Part shown: in pieces, positions 23,450 through 35,600 of the stretch
Numbering within the stretch: position 1 is the first letter of the stretch
Layout: each line of letters opens with the position of its first letter
Position numbers and translations under genes: made by a program
Notes under the pieces: model-generated
What the model saw: the letters and a program-made list of their open reading frames with translations, nothing else
The model's database searches: none
Told to the model about the DNA's origin: nothing
Source of the DNA: Podarcis cretensis
Taxonomy: Eukaryota
Assembly: GCA_951804945.1 (NCBI GenBank)
Contig: OX638154.1
Location: 57,846,001-57,910,000 of the forward strand
Reading direction: 5' to 3'
DNA: 64,000 bases

Positions 23450-26087
23450 ATAATTCAAAAGAGGCAATGTTCCCTCTTGTGTGTTATCTCCTCCTAACAA
23501 CAACACTGATAGAGGGACAGAACGTGGTTACAGGTGATGCTTTAACCAGCAGTACACTTGCCATGCTATATTTTTTGAATATTTCTTCTTTCTGCACATG
23601 TGCAAATAATAGGCATAGTTCCTTTAAGCATATTTGCTGTCCCATGAGACAGCAAATGAACATGTAGAAATGTTTTTGCAGAGAGTTTTTAACTGATCAG
23701 TATGGCTGAAGCTCACATAATTTCACAGTTATTCTGTCCTTATAACTAACATTTTTAGTTCAGCTGTTAATAATTTACTTAATGAAGATCGGAAACATAA
23801 ATTTAATTTCTTGTCCAGAATTAGGAAATACTTCAGAATAGTAAAGGGCAGGCATTTGGAATAAGTTTCAATTCCTTTTACCAACAAAGCGCACAACCAC
23901 AAATCTCCAGCTTTAAAACTTTCCATTTGCCAATTTATTTGTAATCCTTATTCATACTTGTGTTTGGAAATCAGCAATTATCTTGCATAGTGATTACTTT
24001 TTACTGTATGCCAAGAACTGTTGACCACTTAATTGTTTTTTTGCCGACGTTCTATAGCTTATTGAAAACCATTAAACTGATCATAACTGAAGACGTGAAC
24101 TATTAAGACTGTTCTGATACCACCTAGTCTCCTTTTGGCACTTGAGACCAACAGCCTACTGGAGCGGACCATCAAGGCAAACCTTCCACTTGCAGTGCTA
24201 TGAGATGCATTGATTAGACACAGCAACACAGTTGTAGAGGGTTTGTTTGCTTTTTTGTTCATGTCAAATATTTGAGTAAATAATAGAATTTGTAACCCCC
24301 ATAAAGTTTTAATTAATTTAGCAATGTACTGGCACCTATGATACTGTGTAGTGTCTTGAAGGTTAAACAATTATTAAAGCAATTCATTGAAATATAAAAT
24401 ATGCGTTGCTGGCACCCTGATCTTAGACTTCTAAATGTTGAAGTAAGTCCTATTGATGTGAATGGAGCTTACTTCTGAGTGTGTTTTATTTGAATCAATA
24501 GTCTAATAAGCGGAATCAGTTTAAATAGGTTTTCCTATGACTCTTAGAACCAGGGGGCAGGATGCTGCCATAGGATCCTGAGAACCTCTATGAGCATAGG
24601 GCTCCCTGGAGTGGCAGTGTCCTGAGGCCAGTTCAACCAGAAATGGGGGGTTTGGGGGAGGCCTTGGAACTGCTAGTTCCAAGCCCTCCTTGTTCCCCTT
24701 GCACTGAGTGTACTTCTTTTCCTTACCATTAATGAAAATAGGAAAGAGGTTGATGGGAAGAGGAAACCTTGTAGGTCTACATCTGCCACATTCTCCCCTG
24801 GTCACAGGGCTATGGTTGTAGCAAATACTCCACCACAGATCTCCTCCTTATGGGAACATAGGATTGCTCCGTTTGTTAGCATAGTTTAACCTCAGTGCAG
24901 AGAGCCATAATATATTTTAAGCCCTCTGCAGAAGCACTTGTGTAGTCCCACTTATATCTGAAACAAACTATTAGATCATAGTACAGTCGACTCTCAGCTG
25001 ACGCAGGGGTTACTGGGGTAGCCGATATAAAGCCACAATTGCCTATACAGTAGTCAAAACACACTCCTTACACCTCCAAACATGCTCAAGGCCACTAAAC
25101 GAACTCCCTGCATCTCCCAGTGCTGTTCCAAGGTGAGTGCGATGGTGGGTGGGACTGCCAGTGTTCCCCCCTCCCGATAACCCCCTTCTTATTTTTATGG
25201 GGTCAAATACATAAAGCTGAATTTGCACAAGTTAAATGCTTGTAAGTTGCAAGGCAGCTAGTTAACTAGCTTGTTGGCAACTTGTTTCCCAGCATCTCAG
25301 TAGAATCAATGTGTGTTATTTCTAAAAGAATACATTATTTAGAACACAAAATTATATTACACTCAGTCCATTGGTCCATCTACTTCAATATTGATGAAAC
25401 TGATTGGGTAAGGGGCTTCCAATATTTCAGACAGGATTCTTTCCCAGCCCTGCCTGAAGGTGCCAGGAATTGAACCTGGGATGTTTTGTATGCAAGGTGT
25501 GGGCTGTTTCACTGAGATACACAGCCCGTCTTTGTAACCTGTGGAAACTCAAAAGAGCCAGAGAGCACATCTGGATGCTAAACATCTTACTGCTGAAATC
25601 TAGTTGCTGTGCATTTTTCATGAAATGTGGTTTTAGGACAATATGGTCTGAAGAATTCTGATTATGCCCTGTGTTTATGGTATCACATTCTGCTAGCATA
25701 ACACTGTTATCTGTGCTGTAGTGACTGCAGGAGAACTTAGTTTCCCTTCCTGTCAGCAGATTAGCTTTATTTTGCCCTTGTCCTTTTGTTTTATCTTGTG
25801 TTCCTGTTCCTTCACTGATATTAATTTGAGGGAAAGCGGGTTTAGGGATAGAAAGACAGTATAACCACTACACATTTTGAAAAGGGAGCAGAAGGAAAGA
25901 ATAATCATGTTTATTGCACATAAGAGCTGATACAGGTTATATATTGTACGGTTGTTAAGATCCTTGAATAGCTGTACATGTGCAAATAAGACACAAAGCT
26001 ACTGCAAATAAAAGTGCAAAATTAAAATTACTAATTGTGTGTGTGTTCTTGCAGATTTTTTTTCCTGATTGTAGGAGAGGTAACAGG

Positions 26088-26550
26088 AAATTGTAGGGAC
26101 AGAACCACTTAAACCGTATAGAAACTTATTCATGTATGCTACTACAGCGGCAAGAATATTACCCCAAAATGGAAAGAAGTAGAAGCAAAGGAAGAATGGA
26201 TACAAAAACTTATGGAATATGTAGAAATGGCAAAACTTACCAGAAAAATAAGAACTCAGTATAACAAACTTTTTATAAAAGAATGGAAAGGGAGTATTGA
26301 ATATTTACAGATACGGTAAATTGTAAACAGATAAGAACATTGGCAGGATTATAGTAATAACCTGCAGTTTCATCAGAGTATATATTTAAAGTAGATGAAT
26401 AAATGAACATATTAATTAGGATATGCAAAAGACATTAAAAAAAAAATTAAGGAACCGCAGAAAAGAGGGAAGGAAGTCAAGTTTTGAAATGTTATAATTA
26501 TTGTTAAATAAGTGAAATGTATAAACCTGAAAATCATACATTTTTTTTTT
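26088..26550 (+). mobile_element. Squamate L1-clade LINE 3' end
   Basis: A-rich; frameshifted translation NLFMYATTAARIL / KWK / EEWIQKLMEYVEMAKLTRKIR...FIKEWK resembles the squamate L1 ORF2 C-terminus. Confidence 0.65.
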
Positions 26551-26999
26551 AAAAGGCAACAGGAAGCATGGTGCAGATACATACACCACCAGTGCCTGTA
26601 CAGACCTGCAAGTATTTTCCAAGCTACATATCAGAAAAAGAAGGGGTAGTAAAATTATGCTTATCCTGAATGGACACACTTTGTGGTTGGTGACATAAAT
26701 TAGCCATCTGGAAAACATCCATGGAGAAAACACAGCTTCCCAATTTACCACTGAAATATATTTTCATTTAAAATGATGACAGTATATTCTGGATAAGCAT
26801 TATGTGTTGTGCGTTTTATTTGTATAATGTGGTAACATCTGAGGCAGATATGGTTGATTTTGGACTGCTTGGAGCACAATATGGCAGCTGAGATCAGCTC
26901 GGCAATTTTCTTTACTGTTAAGCCTTCTGTAGGGTTACATTAGTTCAATACAGGAATTTTTGCAGTAATATGAATGAATTATCTAGCCACCAGATTAAA

Positions 27000-27640
27000 T
27001 ATTCTCAACATAAGAAGCACCTCTTGCAGCAAGTACAGCGTTATTCCCTTAACAGTACTGCACTGGAGGCTGTGTTTGTTGACCTTGAATGATCAGTGCC
27101 ACAAGTTCATGCAGCAACAGCCTTTTTGCTGGCTTCACACTTCCCCAGGGTACTTGCACTGCATCTTTTGGATCCATATGATGTGGCTTGGTTGGTTGGC
27201 ATCTGTTTTGGGAGACTGGAGGAGTGTGCCTTTGTGGATGAGGTCAAGCTGTTGGAAGGTTGCAGCACCTGCCGTGGCTGTAGAGACCAATGTGGGAAAG
27301 ACATGTTTTGTTGCAGCTGGGGAAGATGAAGGCATCCAGTTGTGCTGCTGCACGTGCACCATGGTGTTTCTTCTTTCTGCACTCCTCCCAGTGGTCATTT
27401 CTCCTCTGGTCACTGCTATGGATGCATGACTGCTTTGATCTGTTTCCTCTGATGTTGAGATGTTCACCAAAAGCAAGTCTAAAGAGAGATCACTTTGTTG
27501 GTAAGCTTCCATCATACTGCTTCTGCTTTGGGCCTTGAGGCATAAGTGTTTCAATGTTGTAATCTGCCCCCTGGGACCACAGGAGAAGTGGCAGTGGCAA
27601 AAGTCCCAGCTTGATAAGAAGCTATAGATTGTTGTGCATG
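27000..27640 (-). mobile_element. Degraded LINE-related repeat (possibly Vingi/Ingi-like)
   Basis: Minus frame SWDFCHCHFSCGPRGQITTLKHLCLK resembles a W..C.CG...QT..HL..C zinc knuckle; family assignment is weak. Confidence 0.3.
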
Positions 27641-27963
27641 TAAGCCTCTGGGGATGGTTTTTGTAAAGGAAAAAAGCAAATAACAGGCAAAAACCTTCAT
27701 AGTTTCCTCCTCTCTTTAAATTAAGGGTTAAATCGGATGTATGAAGGTTGCAACACAACATAGTGAGACTTGCTTCTATTTGGAGTACCATTTGGAAGCT
27801 GATGAAATCAGAATCTCAAACAATTGTCTGAATAAAACTGAGCAAACAAAATCCTAATGCTAAAAATAAGCAAAAGATCAATGTGTATTTTTCTGTATTC
27901 AGAATTTTTTTTACCCCTCATTATAGTAATTCATATATAGTATAGTAATTCATGTATAGTATA

Positions 27964-28326
27964 GGGACGCAGGTGGCGCTGTGGGTTAAAGCCTCAGCGC
28001 CTAGGACTTGCCGATCGAAAGGTCGGCGGTTCGAATCCCTGCGGCGGGGTGCGCTCCCGCTGCTCGGTCCCAGCGCCTGCCAACCTAGCAGTTCGAAAGC
28101 ACCTCCGGGTGCAAGTAGATAAATAGGGACCGCTTACCAGCGGGAAGGTAAACGGCGTTTCCGTGTGCGGCTCTGGCTTGCCAGAGCAGCGATGTCACGC
28201 TGGCCACGTGACCCGGAAGTGTCTCCAGACAGCGCTGGCCCCTGGCCTCTTAAGTGAGATGGGCGCACAACCCCAGAGTCTGTCAAGACTGGCCCGTACA
28301 GGCAGGGGTACCTTTACCTTTACCTT
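27964..28326 (+). mobile_element. Sauria SINE, full length
   Basis: tRNA-like head GGGACGCAGGTGGCGCTGTGG (A box) ... GGTTCGAATCC (B box); (ACCTTT)n tail; TTATAGTAATTC occurs on both sides. Confidence 0.92.
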
Positions 28327-28979
28327 TTATAGTAATTCTAAAAACAGCCACCTTTCAGGGATATATTCCCAAGGGAGAAAGCTAACCACCATGTTTCATT
28401 GTATGTTCCCTGCCATGTTTGTATATTCACCATGGTGTAATCAAAGAGCTGTATTTCACAGTCACATCACACACAAAACCAGCCAACAAGCTGATGCAGT
28501 AATAGTAGATACTTATAAACTTGTTTCCTTGAACGTGGCCTTTGACAGATGCCACCTACATTTTGTTTTCCAATTTCATTCAGAATTTCCCAATACAAGC
28601 TTTACAACAGTCACAGAGTTTCAGTGGGTATGATTTAGCTGCTGTATCTGTAGATGCCGGAAACAGCTGTTCACTATATTTTGTAGGGAATTCTATACTG
28701 TACTGTATATTTCCTAGATTCTATCGAGAAGCAAACTAAGGTTCACAAAACATCCCAGTTCTAAATACAGTTATTTGGAAGCAAGTCATGATATGGTCAT
28801 ATTGTTATTAAGGCTAACTGAAATGCCACAAAGTCATAAGTAAGCTTTTGAATTTGCAAAATTTATTCAGGCTGAAGGATACTGGCCCCCTGCAATCCAT
28901 CTTGACAATGTTACAAACTATAGGTTTTCAGGTTTTTACATCATGCCCCACTTTCCTTCCTCCTCTTATGATATTATTT

Positions 28980-28985
28980 TTATTA

Positions 28986-29026
<41 letters not shown>

Positions 29027-29410
29027 TTGCCCTTTTCCCTGACAGGGACTCAAGGTGACTCAAAATCTATGAAAAGCATACAAATAATTTCAATAAAAAC
29101 AATGGCACCAGCCTTTTCATTAAAAGCAGTCAGTTCTCCAAAGCCTGTTGGAACAAGAAAATATTAATTTGGCCAAAGGACAGCAAGGGAGGGTGGGGAG
29201 CCAGTCTAGCTTTTCTAATGAGGGAGTTCCAGAGTCTGGGAGCAGCCACCAAGAAGGCTCTCTCCCACATCCTTTCCAAGCATGCCTGTGAGAGTAGCAG
29301 GACTGAGAGAAGGGTGTCCGCTAAAGATATCAAAACCCAGGCAAGTTCACAGGAGGGAATTTGGTCTTTCAGACAACTTGGACCTAAGCCGAATAGGACT
29401 TTATAGTATA
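28980..29410 (-). mobile_element. L2-type LINE 3' fragment (minus) with expanded (ATT)n tail at 28980-29024
   Basis: Minus ORF ERAFLVAAPRLWNSL is the classic L2 C-terminal motif; microsatellite at its 3' end. Confidence 0.72.
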
Positions 29411-32299
29411 GGGCTCACACTCTCCCCAGTCACTACTTATGAGCTTAGTAAATATGGCATGAGTCACTAATCCTTTGCCATTGTATATAATGCATAAGTT
29501 AACATTTCGGGTGCAATCCTAGTATACACATACATGGGGCTTTCTTCTGAGTAGTAAAACAGCATAGGATTATGCTGTTACAGTAAAATTTATAATATTG
29601 AAGGGATGGTCATTCTTTCCTTTTGATGAGAGATGAAAAACTGTTATAGGGTGCATCTATTTGAAAGGTTTGTCGTCTAAATTTATATATTTTTATGAAA
29701 TGTATTTCTGTGATAGTCCCTCAAAGCCACAATTATGGAGCAGAACTCCTCTTCTGCTACATGAGTAAGCACAAGCTGACAGAATCTGTTCCAAAGCCAC
29801 CAATCTTTTGCAGCATATAAACTCCAGCTGGGGGATGCTGAGGAGATGAAGATCAGTGAAGAAAATACTGAAATGTGAGTCTTTTAAAAAGCATTAATTT
29901 AAAGGCCTGTTAAAATTTAAAAACCATTCTCATAATGGAAGGGAATGCTTAAGACATGCTTGGAGAAAGAGCAAAATGGCTTAACGAAGGCGATGATGCT
30001 ATTTCCCTCAAGATTACTACAAATTGCATCACTGTCCCAAGCTACTGTCTGTTAGTGAATGGTTTATTGTAGTGGGTTTCACCCTGCCCTTTAACGAGTT
30101 CCAAAAATATAGGCAAGCTAGTAGATATTTCTAGGAAGAAAACAATAATTATCAGTGCTTTAGTTTCCTAAGTTATTCATTCTAAATAAACTGTTGGGTT
30201 TGTGCTATTAGTATGCAGTCGCTGGTTGCCCACAGATCTACCCTCTCCCAGTTATGTATGGCTAGAAGAGTATGTCTGATCAGGATCCCTGAGGCAAATG
30301 GGACACACCCCAGATACAACAAGATCTATGGGGATCTATACCACCTGCTGTGTATAGACTGGTTAATAATGTGTCAGGTGTGTGAAGCAAAGCAAAGTCA
30401 CTTACCTGTAAAAATAAATCTTTTAATTCTCATATGTAGTTACATACCTAGCTGCTTCTTCCACCCCACTTCTTTGTCTCTTTGCACTATGATTTTCCCA
30501 ACCCCTCACATTAAAAGTTGTCAAATAACTATTTTCACTCCTCAACATGACCTAATGTAGGGGTGAGGAGTCTCTCGTGGATTTCAGTGGGACATATGTC
30601 TTAGGAATAGGACTTTCAAGGCTGAAATCCTAAACAAATTTACTAGTTTGGGGACTGTTTATTGGACTGGGGAGAGGGCTACATTCCCTTGTTGGCAAAT
30701 TTTGGCATGGTGGTGGTGGACGACATGCCAGTGGTGGGTAGGACCAGAAGGAAACATGGGCAGAGCAACAAATATGAAGTGTAGCTTTGTACAGTAAGCT
30801 AGTTCTTCTGTCTTCCATCCAGGCAAGCAAGAGGTATTATTGGAGTTCAAAAACACATTCTAGTCAAGCAAAAGCATTAAGCTGTCATGGAAAGAGTTGG
30901 TGGTGGCCTGAGGAAAGGGCATGTGTCTGGGAAAGGGGTGTGGCATGGGGAGAGCCCCCGAAGGGAAGACAGGCTTGGAGTGTTCCCCACCCTGTTCTAA
31001 AGACCGCTGAAATACTTGTCCATGCTCAAGTAACCACCTCCTTACTCAATTTCCTCCCTGGCACTTCCTATAATTACAGGATACTTCAGAAATAAACTTT
31101 TCCTCTTGCTGCTATGATTGTACCACTCCTCTATTGAATTCCATTATATGTCTTCCTATAATTATCTAAAATGAACCTTAACATGCCATTCCACTCAAAA
31201 TTACTCAACATTGATGACATATCCTTGAAGATCCTTTATCTGTCTTGGGTGAAAACCAGTGTGAGGTTGCCGTGCAATACATTTCTGTGTTTGGACCTAA
31301 CTAAAAGGGCTGATACGTTCAAACATTTACACACACACAGTATCATTTGATGATTGCAACATTGTGTGATGTGTATGCAATTGCACCATCTCAGAGTCGG
31401 ATCGCCCACCATGTCACAGATCGTTGCAATGCTTTTAAAGAGACTCAGTTTATTGTGAGCATCACAAGTGTGCTAAAATCAAATACAATACAAGGATATT
31501 TTATTGTACCACAAAATATAGCCTTGCAATACATTGCAGACAACCAACCAGATCCACAAGGATAGTATGTAATAATTTGATATGCATTATTTATTTACAA
31601 CATTTATACAGCGCTTTTCATAATGACTTCAAGGCAGTTTACCAAAATGTCAGCATATAAGCTAAACTTAAGTCATACGCAGCATGACTCACCTTTACAG
31701 TTCATCCATTAATTGCTTAGGATTTGCAGACAAATCTTATCTGTGTCCACTCCAGACAAGCTTACTTTAAGAATTAGATAGCAGACATCGAGTTGAAACT
31801 TTGCAGGATAACCTGATTATTTTGACCAGATATGCACCAAAAGGGGCCAAGGGATGATAAAGCACACACTGGCCGATCTCTTAGGAACAAAGGGACGCAA
31901 CGCAAAAATAAAAAAGGGGTTTGGGAAAAGCAAAGGGGTGCTTGCATGAGAGTTCAATCTGCATCAAGGAACAGGAATCCTGCATGAACTAACGTGCAGC
32001 ACATTATTCCGAACGTGAGCACACCGCGGCGCGCGCGCGTAGCTTACACGCGCAGAGATTTCCAGCTGCGTCCTTGCTTGCGACGGAAGGTTGACGCCTC
32101 CCCCTCCGTCTCTTTGCAATGTCCGAGTCCTCCCCTCTTAGGCGGCTGGCAAGCCAGTTGTTTGTCCTCCTCGCGCGCCGAGAGGGGTTTTCCCAAAGCA
32201 TCCAAATTGCCCTCTGGCGACTCCGCCTCCCAGAGGCTCGCGCGGCTGCTTGCTCCCTAGGCGGACGGTGCCTACCTAGCAAGCCTCGCCTGGGCTTCC

Positions 32300-32686
32300 G
32301 CTTGGAAACGGAGAAATAAACGAGGAGCGGCGGCAGCGGCTCCCTCCCCGCGGCGCCGCTCTACCACGCAGCCGCGCCTGAGGAGGCCGGCTAGGCTTCC
32401 CCGCTTGTGCCGCAGTGCCGTGCGCTGCCTCTGAGGCCAGCCAGGGGGCGCTGGTTGCCGGCAGCTGAGGCGGCCTCGGAGCGGGCGAGGGAGCCCAGCC
32501 AGCCAGGAGAGGAGGCAGCCCTCGCCGTCGGGAACAGGCGGGCAAGCGGGAGGCCGGGCAGGCGCCGCGCTGGCCTTCCTCGAGCTCGGGAAGAGGCCTG
32601 CCCGGGAGCCGAGCGAGGGGAGCCTCTCCGACATGCAGGCCCGGCGGCGCTCGCTGCTGCTGCTGCCGCCGCCGCCGCCTCCCGAG
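32300..32686 (+). other. ZFYVE9: ZFYVE9 leader exon 1 (5' end approximate)
   Basis: Ends at the consensus donor CCCGAG|gtgagt inside the CpG island; contains (GCT)4(GCC)5. Confidence 0.75.
32653..32679 (+). repeat. (GCT)4(GCC)5 trinucleotide run in ZFYVE9 leader exon 1
   Basis: Read directly from the sequence, just upstream of the exon 1 donor. Confidence 0.9.
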
Positions 32687-35600
32687 GTGAGTAAGCTGCT
32701 GGCCGCCTCCCGATTTAGCCGGTCTCCGTCGGGCCGCTAAGGCCGGGCATCCTCTCCCAGGCCCCTGTGGGGCGGCGTGAGAAGGGAGCCTCTCTTGGTG
32801 GAGGGTGGGGGGCTGCCCCACGGATCCTGAGGAGAGGAAGCTGAGGGAACCTTCCCCCAGGGAGGGTGGCCCGAAAGGGGCGAGAGGCGACATAACTGAG
32901 GGTCGGAGCGCGTTCCCCCACAGCACACCTTGGGTCAATTCCGCCGCCCCCCAACCTTAGGGGCGCGACTTTCCCTCCTTCCTACTAGGGACCATGAAAG
33001 CCTTGGGACCTTGAGAATAAAGAAGCAGGCGAAGAGCTTCTCGTCCCTCCTTATCCCTCGCCTTGTTTGTCTGGCTTGTCCTGATGGAGCGGCTTGGGGG
33101 GAAGAGAGCCCTGTTCCCTTCATGGCAACCGGGAAGCCTTCGGCGAGGAGTTCCTGGCTTCCCATTTAGAGCGCTTCCCACCCCTCTTAATATCTCAGGG
33201 GGCGAGCGAGAAGACGTGGCAGCCCCCCGCGCCTCCGCCCCAAACAAACGAGCGAGCAAGCCTTCTCCTACCGCTTCTGTTAATTAGTAGATTCCCCTCC
33301 CCCATACATCCAGCCCCCCCCCCCCACCGTAGAGCATATGCATCGCTTTTTCCCAGTCCTTGCTTGTTTTTGCAGTTGTGCATTCTTGCATCCCCTTTCT
33401 TTCCTGTCCTGCTGCTTTACAGGCAGCTCCCATTTGTTCGCAGCCCAAGTTTCTCATACTGGATCTGACGGGAATATTGCTGTCAAGGTGTCCTATTTTG
33501 TGCCCGAAGTACCTTCCTTTGCTCTGGCGTCGTTTGTTGCAGTCTGTTCACTATTTAAATAATTTGAAACGTGCCATAACTGCCGAACTAGAGCGCTTAT
33601 CAGGAGGCAAGGTTACTTTTAATTGTGTTTGTTGTTGCGCTCACTTAAGTGATACTCACCTTGGTGATAAAATTCAGGTATTTTTTAGTTCTGTGGATGT
33701 GGGTAAGTAGGTCCAGATGACTGGTTGCAATGGAGGGAATGCATATCTTGTAACATGAATAACTGGTGGGAGTTACCTTGATAAGTTTGAATGTTTAGGT
33801 ATTTTGCATATATGTAAACAAATAGTATTTTCATGTACTGAAATAGAAGTATATATGACAACAGAATATATTTATTAATATATTTAAACAAGGTGAAGTT
33901 CCACATGTAAAATGTCCACAAAACTTGAATGGTCTTGTGGTGTTAGTGCAGATTTTCATATATGAACCTGCTGCTATTTATTTGTGACTTAAGATGGATG
34001 CAAAATTTCAAACAGCCTGGTAGAGTGAGTAAGGGAAACATGGAGGTCACACTAAAGGTTATAAGGACAGCAGGTTGATTATTTTTAGCACATAGACATC
34101 TAGAAGGATAATATATTTATTATGTAAAATATCAAAATCTGAATATAGATGCATGAAAGTGGAGTGCTTATTTGGATTGTACTGAAAACTGTTAGGTTGT
34201 CTGAGCTTGGCCCAACATAGATAAAACTGCTTTTATTGATCAGCAACACAAAGATGCACATATGTGGTAGTGAATTAATGTTTGTTTCTCTGGTGTGGAT
34301 TTAATATCACATGCCTTATATCAGTATAATTTAATGGCCAGGATTTACTAAACTAAAAATGTAATTACACTTGATTAAACTTAGTACAGTAGACAAAAAA
34401 CTTTAGATTTTGATATCTGGTAAATGCTGGCACAATTAAGAGGGTTCTTCAGTGGCCCAGAGGTCCTTTAAATGTTGCTCAGCTGCACAGAAGCATTTCA
34501 TTAAAAAAGCAGTCCTCACTTGACCAAAATTTAAAGGGCCCCATAGAGATCTGATTTTTTAAAAGCAACTTTACTTCACTGATAATTGCAGCGTGTCTCA
34601 TGGCATCAAATCTAGGCTTTGGTTTAGTCTCATGCTTGAAATCTTACTGAAATTTATTTAAAGATTGTGAATGTCTAGGCTGTTTCTTTTTAAAAATGCA
34701 AAATATTTAATCCTTCCATAATCCATGCAGCTCTAAATCTAAGCAAATAAAATTTAACATATAACTTAGACAGGCTTTACATTATTTTAATAAATTAATT
34801 CTTAGTGCATAAGTAAAGGATGAACTATTCAGAGCAGATGCTTTTCAGCATGTATTCTAGCATTTATGTTCTCATTGTTCTTTTACATTTGAAAATGATA
34901 GTGTATATCTAGACCACTGGGCTCCTTAGATGAAAAATGTAAATGGATGCAGAAATATATGCTGAAGTCAACAGGCAAATAATATGCCTTACTAGAGCAG
35001 GATTGCTAACAGCTAAGAATTTTTAAGCCAACATCTAACTGTTTGGATAAAGTATAACTAACAATATTTATTTTGGAATAATATTTCAAAACAGGCTTGC
35101 AGGTAAATATTTAGGATTGGAATAGCAGAAACAGTGATAAAAAATGTATGTATCCCTGTAGTTGTGAATGGTCCTGTGCGAAGGGTTATGGAAGTACTTT
35201 AATCTACTTAAGCTGCGGTCTTAACACACACCTACAAGGAAATAAACCTAATTAAACATAGTGGGATTTACTTTTAGGTAAATATGCATAGAATTGCTTT
35301 GTTAGAGCTAGAAGGTTATAACTTGACTAATCTTCTTCATTTTAATAAGAGCATAAGAGCCTGCTGGATGTAGTCTAGCACCCTGTCTCATAGTGGTCAA
35401 CCAGATGCTCTAATGGAAGCCCATAAGCCATGTTAAAATTCTCAGTTTATACCACCTTTGTATAAGCAAAGTTATGGATATTAGGGCGCTATACTTTTTT
35501 CATGGTGCTGGTATTAAGTCAGTTTTTAAGCCACCAGCCCAAGCATGCTTAAGTTAGTAGTTTGTGGTTTAAAGTAAAAATAAACACAGTTTATTTGTTG

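Larger units (their letters stand above)
32000..33320. promoter_or_regulatory. ZFYVE9 promoter CpG island
   Basis: Dense CpG/GC content, a CGCGCGCGCG run near 32030, CTCF-like CAGCCAGGGGGCGC at 32438-32451, and the first-exon donor at 32687. Confidence 0.88.

Noticed and set aside
26974-27791. 151-aa and 218-aa antiparallel ORFs between BTF3L4 and ZFYVE9
   Set aside because: No splice, promoter or homology support; better explained as degraded LINE-related sequence.
31994-33468. ORFs up to 220 aa (for example 32276..32938 minus)
   Set aside because: Artefacts of the ZFYVE9 CpG island; only the spliced uORF from 32633 has independent splice-phase support.
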